Source of the DNA: a virus
Direction: 5' to 3' (one strand)
IMG/VR virus record: IMGVR_UViG_3300011441_000005
Coordinates: 1 to 40,301 of that record
Length of the DNA: 40,301 bases
Of this stretch, positions 1 to 10,187 are shown piece by piece; positions within the stretch are counted from its first letter, which is position 1; the number at the start of each line of letters is the position of its first letter. Both the position numbers and the translations under genes were made by a program. The notes under the pieces are model-generated. The model ran no database searches and was not told where the DNA came from. It worked only from the letters and a program-made list of their open reading frames with translations.

Positions 1-59
1 ATAGGCAATGCATCGGGCGGCAGCATAGCCGACCCGTCGACGCTCGACACCCTCGTAGA
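1..59. repeat. Left copy of exact 59-bp terminal direct repeat
   Basis: ATAGGCAATGCATCGGGCGGCAGCATAGCCGACCCGTCGACGCTCGACACCCTCGTAGA is identical to 40243-40301. Confidence 0.98.
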
Positions 60-103
60 CCCTTAGCTCCTAGCCGCTCGTAGCGCCACGTAGTGTATGG
101 CTC

Positions 104-2044
104 GTGGCACGCCGAATCGAGCCTAGCCTCTGGCACGAGCTCCGGGACGATAAGTGCGCCTCTGCTGTCACCGCGACGTGCCAGAGCCTCGACAAGACGC
201 AGAGCCCTCGGCGCCTGCGCGTTGTCCGCAACCATTCGCTTTACGAAGGGCGCCCGCTAGCTGGGCTAGATCCCGCGGCGTATTTCACGCGCGATGAACT
301 CATCCACGAGGACTTCGAATCGCTGCGCGTGAACCTCGCCCGGATGCTGGTCAACGCGGCGCACGCGAAGATCGCAGGCAAGCAGAAGCCCAAGACCCAA
401 TTCGTCGTCAACGACGGCGATTGGTCCACCAAGCGCAAGGCGAAGAAGATCGAGCGCATCAACGAGGGCATCATGCTCGCGCGCCAGGGTCCTTCGAGCG
501 ACGCGTGGGAGGAATGCCTCAAGGCGCAGCTCTTCGCCATGGTAGGCGACCTCGGAGCCGTGAAGACCACCGCGAACGTGGCCGAGAAACGGATCGACAT
601 CCGCGCCGTGCCGGGATGGCAGCTGCTCGTCGATCCCGTGGACGCCATGGGCGGGCAGCCGCTCTCCCTTTTCCACGTCTACCCAGCCGACAAATTCAAG
701 ATCGCCGACGAGTCGCCGTCGAAGTTCCGCGACGGAATCATCGATTCGCCTGACCTTTCCGATGAACCGGGGTGGGCTGCCGTGTTTGGCCGCACGAGCG
801 ACGTATCGCGCGTGTGCCTCGTGCGTGAGGCTTGGCGGCTTCAGATCTCAGAACGCACCAAGGGACGGCACGCCATCATCGTCGGCAAAGAGGATCTCGC
901 AGACGGGGAAGCCTACGAACGCGACTTCTTCCCCTTCGAGTTCTACGTGTGGGAGCAGTGGCTTCAAGGCATCTACGGCACCTCGATTGTCGATAACGTC
1001 TACCAGCTGACGATGGAGGCAAACGCCTCGATCGAGCGCATGAGCAACGCCGAGCGCGTCGGCTCCAATCAGATGGTCTTTATCGAGGAGGACACCGTCA
1101 AGAAAGAGGGCCTCGAAAGCAACATCGCGAAGACCATTGTGGAGTACCAGAAGGGCGCTCAGCCGCCGGTATTCAACACGCCGAACGCCATCAGCGCATC
1201 CACCGTCCAATGGTGGCAGCTGCTCATCAGCACGGGGCACGACGTTTCTGGCGTATCCGAGATGGCCGCAACGGGCGAAAAGCAGCCCGGGGTCAACTCC
1301 GGGACCGCAATGCGCACGCTTTCGCTCCTCGGCACCGAACGGTTTGCGGTCCAGTGGCAGGCCTACGAGCGCCGCACGGCAGTCGGTCAGGCGCGGCAGA
1401 ACATGGCGTGTCTGCGCGACCTCATCGCCGAAGTGCCCGACTACAAGGTCAAGCTCCACGGCGGTGACATGCCGGAAGCGCTGAAGGCGTCCGACTTCAT
1501 GCTCGACGAAGACATGTACGTTATCCAGCCATATCCGGTGAGCGGCGTAGTCAATACGCCTGCCGACCGGCAATCGCTTGGAGACGAACTCTATTCGCAG
1601 CAGATCATCGGCCCCACGGCGCGAGCGGAGATCTACAGGTCGAAGGACCCCGAAAGCGCCATCTCCGCCACGAACAAGTGGGAACAGCTCATCAGCAAAT
1701 ATATCGAGAGCTGGCTCGACGCGACGAAGGAATCCGAGCAGCGCGGGGCCGAGGGCGATCCGAAGGCGTTCAGGTACCGGCCCCCCATCAAGTGGATGCC
1801 GCTCGCCGACGTGATCGTGCAGGTCGCTCGAGCTTGGGCCGATGCCGAGATGGAGAACTGCCCCGACTATAACCAGCAATTCTTCGTCCGGTTCATGGGC
1901 GATTGCGATCGCTACATCGAAGACATGGCGGCAAAGCAGGCCGCGCAGCAAGCGGCAATGGCTCCGCCGCCGCAGGCAATGGGCGTGATGCCGCCAATGG
2001 CCCCGGCGCCGATGGGCGCGCCCGCGGGCGAGGTCCTACAATGA
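104..2044 (+). CDS. Portal protein (positional assignment)
   Basis: 646 aa with a GTG start at 104. It follows terL across the circular junction and precedes the scaffold and capsid genes. Size and position are typical of portals; there is no motif-level proof. Confidence 0.7.
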   Translation: MARRIEPSLWHELRDDKCASAVTATCQSLDKTQSPRRLRVVRNHSLYEGRPLAGLDPAAYFTRDELIHEDFESLRVNLARMLVNAAHAKIAGKQKPKTQFVVNDGDWSTKRKAKKIERINEGIMLARQGPSSDAWEECLKAQLFAMVGDLGAVKTTANVAEKRIDIRAVPGWQLLVDPVDAMGGQPLSLFHVYPADKFKIADESPSKFRDGIIDSPDLSDEPGWAAVFGRTSDVSRVCLVREAWRLQISERTKGRHAIIVGKEDLADGEAYERDFFPFEFYVWEQWLQGIYGTSIVDNVYQLTMEANASIERMSNAERVGSNQMVFIEEDTVKKEGLESNIAKTIVEYQKGAQPPVFNTPNAISASTVQWWQLLISTGHDVSGVSEMAATGEKQPGVNSGTAMRTLSLLGTERFAVQWQAYERRTAVGQARQNMACLRDLIAEVPDYKVKLHGGDMPEALKASDFMLDEDMYVIQPYPVSGVVNTPADRQSLGDELYSQQIIGPTARAEIYRSKDPESAISATNKWEQLISKYIESWLDATKESEQRGAEGDPKAFRYRPPIKWMPLADVIVQVARAWADAEMENCPDYNQQFFVRFMGDCDRYIEDMAAKQAAQQAAMAPPPQAMGVMPPMAPAPMGAPAGEVLQ

Positions 2045-2146
2045 GGTACCGCCCCTACATGTTTCTGCTCTCGTTTCACCGGGCCGACTTCGACTTGGCC
2101 ATGGCCGGCATCTGTCGCCGTTGGGGGCTCATCGGGAGATTGCACT

Positions 2147-3514
2147 ATGGCTGAAGAGACGACCCAAGCGACTACGGCCGCGCCTGCAGCAGACACGGCA
2201 GCCGTTGCGGCGAAAGCTCAGGCCGCGAAGGACAAGGCGTCCGCCGAGAAGTGGGGCGCCGTCGCAGCCAAGTCGCTCGGCGTCGACACGGGCGCGGACA
2301 CCGAGGCCGTCGAGGCGCCCGCGTCGGGCGAGAAGCCGCGCGGCAAGAATGGCCAGTTTCTGCCCGAGAAGGGCAAAGCGAAGGAGAAGACCGATGGCAA
2401 AAAGACCGAAGCCAAAGCCGCGCCCGAAGCCGCGGCCGCCGTATCAAAGCTAGGGGGCAAAGATGCCAAGCCGAAAGAGCCTGGGGGGAATGAAGCTGAA
2501 GGAGTGGGCGGAAAAGACCTACCAGGCGGCAAAGAAGGAGAGAGCGGAGAAGCTACTGCGGCCGGTGTCCCCGAGTTCTCTGGAGGACTCGGTAAAGCCA
2601 AGCGACTCGCCCGAGAAGGCGACATCGCCGGCGCGCTGAAGCTCATCGACCTGGATCTCGACAAGATTCCGGGCGGGGTGTGGGCGTCGCTGCGCAAGTT
2701 TCACCACGAAGAGAAGGCCAAGGTCCACAAGCGCGAGTCGGACGTTATCGCCGCGCACCAAAAGGTCCAGAGCGAGGCCCGCGAGCTCGTGGCGCAGCTG
2801 CGCCCGTTCGCAGAGGCAGACGCCGCGCTCAAGGCTGGCGACGAAGACCGCGTCTTCGAGATCATCTTCGGCAAGTCCGTCGACGAATGGCAGCGCGGGC
2901 GGCTGGCCAAGATGCACCGTGGCGACCTATCGAAGGACCCTGCCGTCTCCGACCTGACACGCCGCCTCGATGCTGAGCGCCTGGAGCGCCAGAAGCTCGA
3001 GAAGCGCCTCGAGGAGCGCGACCAGGCCGCCGCAGAGCGTGACCGCAAGGCCGCTGCCGACGCCGCCGGCGCCAAGTACCGCGAGGACCTGAGAGAGCGC
3101 ATGGCAGGCAGCGGAGACGACCGACTTGCCGCCGCCGCAGAGCATCCGTGGTTTGTTAAGATGGTCCACGAAGAGCGGCTGAAACACTACCGCTACGACG
3201 AAGCGACCGACACCGAGGATTGCATCTCCGAAGAGGAAGCGATTGAGGCGGTGTACGATCCTGAGCGGCTCACCGCTGCTCAGTGGAAACAACTCACCGG
3301 CGGGCTTGACCCGACCGTGGAACGTGTCCCCGGCACGATAACTCGGGTGGCCACCGACCGTCGCGCGAACGACGTGAAGCGGGTCGCGAAAGCGCCCACC
3401 TCTCTCTCTCGTTCTGCGACTGTGGAGGCTGCGCCCGAACGCAGGCGGTCCGATAAGGAGTCGCTGGCCCATTGGTCAGGGATTGCCCAAAAGCTCGCCC
3501 AGCAAGGGAAGTAA
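2147..3514 (+). CDS. Scaffolding protein (putative)
   Basis: 455 aa with ATG 2147 after GGGAG. The N-half is Ala/Lys/Glu-rich low complexity and the C-half is charged and heptad-like (LERQKLEKRLEERDQAAAERDRKAAADAAG). It lies between the portal and capsid genes. Confidence 0.6.
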   Translation: MAEETTQATTAAPAADTAAVAAKAQAAKDKASAEKWGAVAAKSLGVDTGADTEAVEAPASGEKPRGKNGQFLPEKGKAKEKTDGKKTEAKAAPEAAAAVSKLGGKDAKPKEPGGNEAEGVGGKDLPGGKEGESGEATAAGVPEFSGGLGKAKRLAREGDIAGALKLIDLDLDKIPGGVWASLRKFHHEEKAKVHKRESDVIAAHQKVQSEARELVAQLRPFAEADAALKAGDEDRVFEIIFGKSVDEWQRGRLAKMHRGDLSKDPAVSDLTRRLDAERLERQKLEKRLEERDQAAAERDRKAAADAAGAKYREDLRERMAGSGDDRLAAAAEHPWFVKMVHEERLKHYRYDEATDTEDCISEEEAIEAVYDPERLTAAQWKQLTGGLDPTVERVPGTITRVATDRRANDVKRVAKAPTSLSRSATVEAAPERRRSDKESLAHWSGIAQKLAQQGK

Positions 3515-3546
3515 GCGCATAGCCAACACGGTCATTGGAGTTCCCA

Positions 3547-4860
3547 ATGGTCGGATCAACGGTGGAAGCCCTCGCGGCTTTCTATAAAGAACGCTACATC
3601 GACGACAACGGGAAGGTGCCCGAGCTCCTTCTCAAAGACAACGTATTCCTCGACATCATCGGCACGTCCGAAGAGGGCGACGGTACAGGCAAGTACCTCG
3701 TGGCTCCCTTCGTCGACCAGCGCCCGCAAGGACACGCGGCAACTCGCGCGGCTGCTCAGGCTGGAGCTGCAACGGCCAATGGTGGCAACCTCAACGGCGA
3801 CGCGTGGATCATCCCCTGGGGCGACTACAAGTCGAGCGTCTACATTGGCCACAAGGCGATGGTCCTGTCGAAGAACCGCATGGGCGCGTTCTTTCAAAAC
3901 AGAGCCAAAGAAACCGACCTGCTCATCGAAGGCGTCGGCACGTACTTCGAGTCGCTGCTTCTCGGCGACGAGGGCCACTCGATTTCGCCAGGCGGCGCGA
4001 CCATCTCGACCGGCGTGGTCACGATGGTCAACAAACAGGACATCGTCCACATCGAGAAGGGCATGCTTCTACAGGCGTCCGCCAACAACGGCACGCTGAC
4101 GACGGACGCTCTGCTCGGCTCGGGCTCGATCGGGTACGTCTTCGCGGTCAATCGCAACGCGGGCACGTTCACGGTGGCCACGTCCGACGCGCTCGCCGTG
4201 GCTCTCACCGCGGGCACGCCCTCTGGCTGGACGGGGACCTTCTACGTCTTCCGCAATGCCGACTTCGGCGGAACGACCACGCCGAACTTCATCGTCAATA
4301 CGCTCGGCGAATACGTTCCTCTGCTCGACCCGACGGATACGCTCAACGGCGTGGACCGCTCTCTCGACCCCATGATGCGCGGCGGCGTGCGTCTTACGGC
4401 CGCAGAGGTGGCGGGGCTCGGCACGAGGGACCGTATCGTCAAACTGGTCACGCGGATGAAGTCTCGCGCCGGCTCGAAGCCGACGAAGATTCTCATTCAC
4501 GATGAGCAGTGGGCGGGGCTCGCCAACGAGCTCGAGGCGCGCGGCATCAGAAACCTCGGGGAGCCGGCGAAGGCCGGAATCTTCTCCTTCCCGGCGCTCA
4601 AGATGTCGACCACCGCGGGGATGATCGAGGTGTTCTCCTCGAACAAGGTGCGGCCGGATACGTGCTGGGCCTTCAAGCCCGACGCGATCCACTTCCGCAC
4701 GGCGAGCGGATTCCCCGAGACGATGGCGGGCGATGGCAACACCATCCTGCGCAAGTCGGATGAGGACACGTACGAGCTGCGGCTTGTCGTGATCCCGGCC
4801 TTCTACGTCTACAACCCGAAGGAAGTGGGACGTTGCCCGCTTCTGATGACGGGGCTTTAA
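3547..4860 (+). CDS. Major capsid protein (putative)
   Basis: ATG 3547 is preceded by GGAG at 3537-3540; TTG 3535 is an alternative start. It is 437 aa and sits immediately after the scaffold gene in the head module. Confidence 0.7.
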   Translation: MVGSTVEALAAFYKERYIDDNGKVPELLLKDNVFLDIIGTSEEGDGTGKYLVAPFVDQRPQGHAATRAAAQAGAATANGGNLNGDAWIIPWGDYKSSVYIGHKAMVLSKNRMGAFFQNRAKETDLLIEGVGTYFESLLLGDEGHSISPGGATISTGVVTMVNKQDIVHIEKGMLLQASANNGTLTTDALLGSGSIGYVFAVNRNAGTFTVATSDALAVALTAGTPSGWTGTFYVFRNADFGGTTTPNFIVNTLGEYVPLLDPTDTLNGVDRSLDPMMRGGVRLTAAEVAGLGTRDRIVKLVTRMKSRAGSKPTKILIHDEQWAGLANELEARGIRNLGEPAKAGIFSFPALKMSTTAGMIEVFSSNKVRPDTCWAFKPDAIHFRTASGFPETMAGDGNTILRKSDEDTYELRLVVIPAFYVYNPKEVGRCPLLMTGL

Positions 4861-4861
4861 C

Positions 4862-5236
4862 ATGAGCCTCGCGGGAATGGTCAACGGGAAGGACCTTGGC
4901 CGCATCGGCACCACCGATACGGTCAAGTGGACCTGCGAGGTGCCCATCGGGGCATCAGGGGCCACGGGTACGCTCGTGTTCGGCCCCAACGGGATCGTCA
5001 TCGCCAAGACGGGCACTGGCATCTACGGCATCACCGTGGCGCCTGTATGCCCTGCCGGGCGGGGACGGTGGCGCTTCGGAGTCTATTCGCCGCTGCTCAC
5101 TGTCGACAACGCAGTGGTGACGGCGCAAGACAACGCGGCCGGCACGGCGACGATAACGACCGTCAAGGGCGGCGCAGCTGCGGAGCCAGCATCCGGAGAC
5201 AAGATCTGGATCTACTTCGAAGGGGAGCCGCGCTGA
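4862..5236 (+). CDS. Hypothetical head-module protein (possible decoration/cement protein)
   Basis: 124 aa. ATG lies 1 nt after the capsid stop, and its own stop overlaps the next start (TGATG). Function is unknown. Confidence 0.55.
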   Translation: MSLAGMVNGKDLGRIGTTDTVKWTCEVPIGASGATGTLVFGPNGIVIAKTGTGIYGITVAPVCPAGRGRWRFGVYSPLLTVDNAVVTAQDNAAGTATITTVKGGAAAEPASGDKIWIYFEGEPR

Positions 5237-5508
5237 TGGGCCCCATGGGCAAGGCGCTGGGCATGGGCTCGAAACCCATGCTCGGCTCCGACGAAGAGGA
5301 AGGCGATTCCTACGAGTCGCCGATGGCGGAGGAAGAGGAGACGGCCAGCACGTTGCCTGCGGGCTTCGAAGCCGCCTTCGACGAATACACCGAGGCCCCA
5401 TCGGCGCAGGGCCTCTACGACCTGATCGAGCTGTGCAAGTCCGGCGGCGACGACGAGAAGCCAGGCGGCCTTGCGCTGATTCTTGGCGGAAAGGGAAAGA
5501 AACCATGA
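5236..5508 (+). CDS. Small strongly acidic hypothetical protein
   Basis: 90 aa, using an in-frame ATG inside track ORF 4927..5508 that overlaps the upstream stop. It contains Asp/Glu-rich runs (SDEEEGDSYESPMAEEEE). Confidence 0.6.
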   Translation: MGPMGKALGMGSKPMLGSDEEEGDSYESPMAEEEETASTLPAGFEAAFDEYTEAPSAQGLYDLIELCKSGGDDEKPGGLALILGGKGKKP

Positions 5509-5810
5509 GCCCTCGAGACATGGCGAGACGGGCGGACTATGTCCACCGGGTCGCCGTAGCGGCAATGACGACAGAGGAGCGCGAGGCGCACGAGGCAGAG
5601 CACCGCGCCGATGTCGCCAAGCAGAAGCGTTTCGCCGACGTGAGAGCCGGCGGGACCATCGGCAAGGCGCACGCTGCCAGCGAGGCACCGCCAGAAGTGC
5701 CGGCGGGCAACCCCTTCGTTGGGGCTCGGCGCGTGATCGAGGAGCACGAGGGTCCTGGCTTGGCGGTGGCTGTGCCGGCGAAGCGTAGTCATCACCGAAA
5801 GGACGAGTAG
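5505..5810 (+). CDS. Hypothetical head-module protein
   Basis: 101 aa. ATG 5505 forms an ATGA overlap with the upstream stop (inside track ORF 5433..5810). Confidence 0.6.
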   Translation: MSPRDMARRADYVHRVAVAAMTTEEREAHEAEHRADVAKQKRFADVRAGGTIGKAHAASEAPPEVPAGNPFVGARRVIEEHEGPGLAVAVPAKRSHHRKDE

Positions 5811-5815
5811 GGGCG

Positions 5816-6559
5816 ATGGCGCGCGCGCGGACCTTGCTGCAGCTGCGGACCCGAATACGGGCCCTTGCAGACTGCGAGCCGGAGACGAACGCGCGCCATC
5901 CTACGTCGCAGCTCAACACGTGGATCAACGAGAGCTGGCAGGCGCTCCGCGCCATGGTCACCGACAAGGGAGATCTTCTCTACGTCAAGAACGTCTCGAC
6001 GTCGACCGGCGTTGGCCCGGACACGGGCAAGTCCTACGGCCTCTTGGCGCTTCCGGTTACGGCGGTGCGGATTCACGCGATCGACATCACCGTCGCACCG
6101 AACGACGTGCGCGAGCTCACGCCGACGACGTTCAACGCACGCAACGAATATTCGGTCTACGGCGTCATTGCCGACGTGCCCATCCACTTCGCCGTCTTCA
6201 ACATCGGCGAGGAGAGCGGCGCGACTGTTGGCAATGGATGGATCGCGCTCATGCCAGCGCCGGACAGGCCCTTCCCTGTGACAATCTATTACCTACCCGC
6301 GTGGACGGATGTCACCAACGATGCGTTCGTGTTCGACGGCTTCGAGGGGTGGGACGACTGGGTAGCGCACGACGTTGTCATGAAGTGCGCAGAGCGCGAC
6401 AACGACATGCAAAACATGGCGCAGATCGCCATGCAGATGAAGGCGGAATCCGAGAAGCGTGTGCTTTCGGCGTGCTCATCGATGCAGCGCGTAGCGCCGT
6501 CGTACGGGCGTGACACGGCGCGCTCGCAGCGCCGTGTCCGCTGGCGGGGGGAGTGGTAA
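5816..6559 (+). CDS. Hypothetical structural protein (possible head-tail adaptor)
   Basis: 247 aa, located between the head genes and the large tail/virion genes. The adaptor role is only positional. Confidence 0.5.
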   Translation: MARARTLLQLRTRIRALADCEPETNARHPTSQLNTWINESWQALRAMVTDKGDLLYVKNVSTSTGVGPDTGKSYGLLALPVTAVRIHAIDITVAPNDVRELTPTTFNARNEYSVYGVIADVPIHFAVFNIGEESGATVGNGWIALMPAPDRPFPVTIYYLPAWTDVTNDAFVFDGFEGWDDWVAHDVVMKCAERDNDMQNMAQIAMQMKAESEKRVLSACSSMQRVAPSYGRDTARSQRRVRWRGEW

Positions 6560-7038
6560 TGCCGTCCACCGACCCTAACAGACTTTCTGCCAAACTTGTC
6601 GAGCTCGGCGAGTACGGGAAGAGCCCGGAGCGGGAGATCCGCGCGCTAGAGCGCAACGTGGCCGACGCAGTAAAGCGCATCACTGACTATTGCAACGACG
6701 TGCTGACCGCTGCGCTTGCGGTCGTAGGTGGGCGGTCGCCGCTGCTCGTCCTTGCGGCCAAGTCGGGCACGTTCGCGCTCCTCGGCGGTAGCAGCGTCAT
6801 TCCCATCAACCTGGTCGACACTTCAGCCATCGCGAGCACGGTCACCCTGCCGCCTCTCGCCGCTGGGAGGAACGTCATCGTCAAAGACGCCACATTCAAT
6901 GCTGCCGTCAACAGTGTCACCATCTCGCCTCCCGAGGCGCTGGCGAACATCGACGGGCAGCTTGTGCCGTACGTGCTCGCAACGAACAACGGCTCCGTAT
7001 GGCTCACGTGCGACGGCACGGGATGGTGGTCGGTATAG
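6559..7038 (+). CDS. Hypothetical structural protein
   Basis: 159 aa. ATG 6559 (TAATG overlap) is preceded by GGGGGAG; GTG 6553 is an alternative start. Confidence 0.6.
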   Translation: MPSTDPNRLSAKLVELGEYGKSPEREIRALERNVADAVKRITDYCNDVLTAALAVVGGRSPLLVLAAKSGTFALLGGSSVIPINLVDTSAIASTVTLPPLAAGRNVIVKDATFNAAVNSVTISPPEALANIDGQLVPYVLATNNGSVWLTCDGTGWWSV

Positions 7039-7040
7039 CC

Positions 7041-10000
7041 ATGCCCGAGGTCCACGTTCCGCTGGTCGCTGGGCTCCACGAGGAGACGGATGCGAAGCTT
7101 TTGCCGCAGGGTCGGCTCATCCGCGCCGAGAACGTGCGTTTCCAAAAAGAGGGACGCATCGTCCAGCGTAATGGTTTTGTCTTCCAGAATGAAGCGGCCG
7201 ACATCGCGCTGGAAGCCGAAAACGTCATCGCGAGCGCGAACTACGAAGCGGACCGAACGCTGCACTTCGTTGCCCGCGACGTGGCGCTAGCCCCGGCCAA
7301 GTGGACGCAGCGAAAGCCGGGCGGCACGTACACGGAGCCTTCAGTAGCGAGCTGCCTATCTAGCCTCGAAGCGCCGCTGCGTACGGTGGCGACGCCAACG
7401 ATTCGGTTCAGCGCCATCGCGTCGGACATGGCAATCAACAACGGCCACCTGTTCGTGGTGCACAACGACTACGACGCTATCAACAATACGGACGGCGCGC
7501 TCATGTTCTCCGTGTTCGCTCGAGCGACTATGCAGCTCGTGGCGTCGGGCGTGATCGTGCCATTCGGCGAGTCGGCGTCGTCGTACTTCAATCCGAAGTG
7601 CATCGCGCTAGGTACCGATGTGCTCGTCTTCTACCTGCAAGACGACGAGATCAAGCTCTGGGTGTTCGACACGCTCACGTTGACCGGCGCCGACGTGGCC
7701 TTCAGCACCCCGATCACGACGGTGGACCCTATCCCAGGGCACCACGCCTCCTTCGACATCTGCCCATACGATTCTACGCAGGTCGCGCTGTGTTTTGAGG
7801 GCATTGTCGGAGGCATATCGGTCGGCGTGTTCGCGCAGCGCGTCGCGGCCGACGGGACCAACGCCACGTTCTTGAGCTCGGTGGCCTTTGGCGTAGAACC
7901 GAAGCAGGTTGGGATCTGCCAGTTCGCTCCGGCCAATACGTCGTTTGGCATCGGCGTCATCACGGACGGAACCGTACTTTACGCCACGTATACCAATGGC
8001 GGCGCGATCGTTGGCTCCGTGCAGACCATCGACGCGTCGGGTGACGCTGCCGGGGCGCCGCTCATGGGCTCCACGAATGAGCTTAGCGTGATGATGACGT
8101 GGGCGCGCGAGGGAACACCAGCGGGGCAGCTCGGCGCATGGGCGTTCAACGGCTGGGCCGGCGGTCCGGCGGTCTACGTGCCGTCGCTGTGGCCAATATC
8201 CAAGCCGTTCGTTTCGCCCGAGGGCGGCGTGCTTTGCTGGGCCGTCGATGAGACGCACACCCTCACGTCCGAGGGCTATTCAGCGCGCGTCCCGCCGGGG
8301 GACTACGGCACCTATCGGCTCATCGACTTGGCGACGCTGCACGCGCAGGACATCGGCTCCGGAAAAGCCATCAGCGAAGCTGTGGTAGCGCAGGAACAGG
8401 CGCTCGCCGGTAACTGGTACGTCAACGAGCCCTATGAGCAGCGCCGGCACACGGTGCTCGACACGGCCGTTACCGATACCGGATACACCGCCGACATCTT
8501 CATCACCGCGCTTCCGACTTTGGTAGGAGCGTCGACGACGGCGGGCAAGGTCGATTTCGTAGAGGTCCGGTCGGGCGATTACGTCGACCGGCTCATGCAG
8601 GCGAAGATTAACGGGCAGCTTTTCCTGTCCGGCGCGCGCATGCGCGAATTCGACGGTTCGCAGCTTTACGAGAGTGGGCTCTTTCAGGGCCCCAAGGAAT
8701 TCACGCTGGCGGAAGACTCTGGCCCGTACATCTTCGAAGGCGATCGCCTTTACTGCGCTATCTGGAAGTGGATCGACGCTGGCGGGCGCGTGCATCGCTC
8801 TCAGGTAAGCCAGCCGCTCCTCTACACCGGCAACGGTGAGCCGCATGGGGTGCTGATCACCATTGCCCAGCCACCATTCAGCGACCGGTCGGCGAACGAT
8901 ACCGTCACCATCTTTTGCGAGGTGTACCGCACCGTTCGTGACGGAACCGTTTTCTTTCTTCTGAACCCGGACGAGCGGATCGTCATCACGCCGGACCTGC
9001 TCTCTCCGCTCACCTTTATCGATATTCAGTCCGACGATGACATTGCGGACAACGAGACGATCTACATCGCCGACGGCACGATCCTCGACAACGGCGAGCC
9101 GCCGCCGTGCAAGTACATCTGGGCCGGCGAAGACAGAATCATTTGCGGTGGGCTCGAGGAGCCTTCGCAATACGCGTTTTCGAAGAAGATCCGACCCGGA
9201 GACGCCCTTGCGTTTCCGCTGAAGGAAGAGACGGCGTTCCGAGGCAGCATCGAGGGCGACGTAACCGGCGTGGCGCAACTCGACGGCGTCTGGTTCGTCG
9301 GCTCGCGGGAAAACATCTGGGCCGTTACCGGCGACGGCCCCAACAACGAAGGGCTTGGGGAATTCACCAGGCCACGCAAGTTGCCTTCGGACACCGGCTT
9401 TCTCTCGCAGCGCTCGATCTGCGAGGTGCCGCAGGGGCTCCTCTTCCAGGGCCGCTCGGACAAGATGTTCCTTCTGCCTCGAGGCGGCGGGGCCCCGACG
9501 TGGGTGGGTCGGACCATCCAGGACACGCTCGCGGCGTATCCGTTTATCTCGTGCTGCCGGGCGCTTCCGGAAGAGCACATCGCCGTATTCGAATGCTGGC
9601 GGTTCACCGATGGCGACGTCGATGGCGATGGCCGGCTGCTCGTATTCGATACTGATACCGGCGAGTGGAGCACGGACGAGCTCTTCGTCACGGAGGAAGG
9701 CGCGTCGCGCGAGTTCAAGAGCGTTGCCTCTTGGAACGGCAAGCTGCTCCTAGACGGTATCATCGGCGAGACCGACGCGTGGACGGACGACGTGGACGGT
9801 TCGTCGCCGACATGGATCACGATCCTTATCGAGACGGGCGATATCAGGTTCTTCGGGGCTGCGGGCACTGGCCGGTGCCGGCGCACGCATCTGCTCGGCG
9901 AGTCGTACGTGCCAAACGTCAACATGCTTCTCGACGTGACGCGCGACTCGAGGGCCACTTACGATACGCCCGCGGCGACGTGGGACAGCGGCAACCCCTT

Positions 10001-10187
10001 CGCCGACGACCGGCAATATGACTTGCCCTACGTGCGCGGGGGAAACTTCGGTTTCCGCCTGCAAGCGACCACGTCGGACGACGAGGGGGCGCTTACGCCC
10101 GGGCGAGGCATCGCGCTCAACGCGATGAGCTTTGAGGTTTTCCCCGAGCGCGGCTTGAAGCGGCTGCCAGCGAGCAAGAGGGCCTAA
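7041..10187 (+). CDS. Large virion structural protein (1048 aa), function unknown
   Basis: ATG 7041 lies 2 nt after the upstream TAG; the track start 6999 would overlap the upstream gene. It is a long uninterrupted ORF in the structural operon. Confidence 0.7.
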   Translation: MPEVHVPLVAGLHEETDAKLLPQGRLIRAENVRFQKEGRIVQRNGFVFQNEAADIALEAENVIASANYEADRTLHFVARDVALAPAKWTQRKPGGTYTEPSVASCLSSLEAPLRTVATPTIRFSAIASDMAINNGHLFVVHNDYDAINNTDGALMFSVFARATMQLVASGVIVPFGESASSYFNPKCIALGTDVLVFYLQDDEIKLWVFDTLTLTGADVAFSTPITTVDPIPGHHASFDICPYDSTQVALCFEGIVGGISVGVFAQRVAADGTNATFLSSVAFGVEPKQVGICQFAPANTSFGIGVITDGTVLYATYTNGGAIVGSVQTIDASGDAAGAPLMGSTNELSVMMTWAREGTPAGQLGAWAFNGWAGGPAVYVPSLWPISKPFVSPEGGVLCWAVDETHTLTSEGYSARVPPGDYGTYRLIDLATLHAQDIGSGKAISEAVVAQEQALAGNWYVNEPYEQRRHTVLDTAVTDTGYTADIFITALPTLVGASTTAGKVDFVEVRSGDYVDRLMQAKINGQLFLSGARMREFDGSQLYESGLFQGPKEFTLAEDSGPYIFEGDRLYCAIWKWIDAGGRVHRSQVSQPLLYTGNGEPHGVLITIAQPPFSDRSANDTVTIFCEVYRTVRDGTVFFLLNPDERIVITPDLLSPLTFIDIQSDDDIADNETIYIADGTILDNGEPPPCKYIWAGEDRIICGGLEEPSQYAFSKKIRPGDALAFPLKEETAFRGSIEGDVTGVAQLDGVWFVGSRENIWAVTGDGPNNEGLGEFTRPRKLPSDTGFLSQRSICEVPQGLLFQGRSDKMFLLPRGGGAPTWVGRTIQDTLAAYPFISCCRALPEEHIAVFECWRFTDGDVDGDGRLLVFDTDTGEWSTDELFVTEEGASREFKSVASWNGKLLLDGIIGETDAWTDDVDGSSPTWITILIETGDIRFFGAAGTGRCRRTHLLGESYVPNVNMLLDVTRDSRATYDTPAATWDSGNPFADDRQYDLPYVRGGNFGFRLQATTSDDEGALTPGRGIALNAMSFEVFPERGLKRLPASKRA

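Noticed and set aside
848-1951. Long antisense ORFs inside large genes, for example 848..1951, 4069..5022, 8280..9578, 9062..9958, 12389..13303, 13717..14571, 34311..35210 and 38611..39756
   Set aside because: These are typical stop-codon-poor antisense frames of GC-rich DNA. Each lies wholly inside a longer sense ORF with recognisable phage function or operon context, and their products are Arg/Pro/Gly-rich low complexity.
2045-2146. The portal-scaffold intergenic region with the GGCCATGGCC palindrome and GACTTCGACTT direct repeat
   Set aside because: These are short, low-information elements with no second copy elsewhere. There is not enough evidence for a regulatory call.
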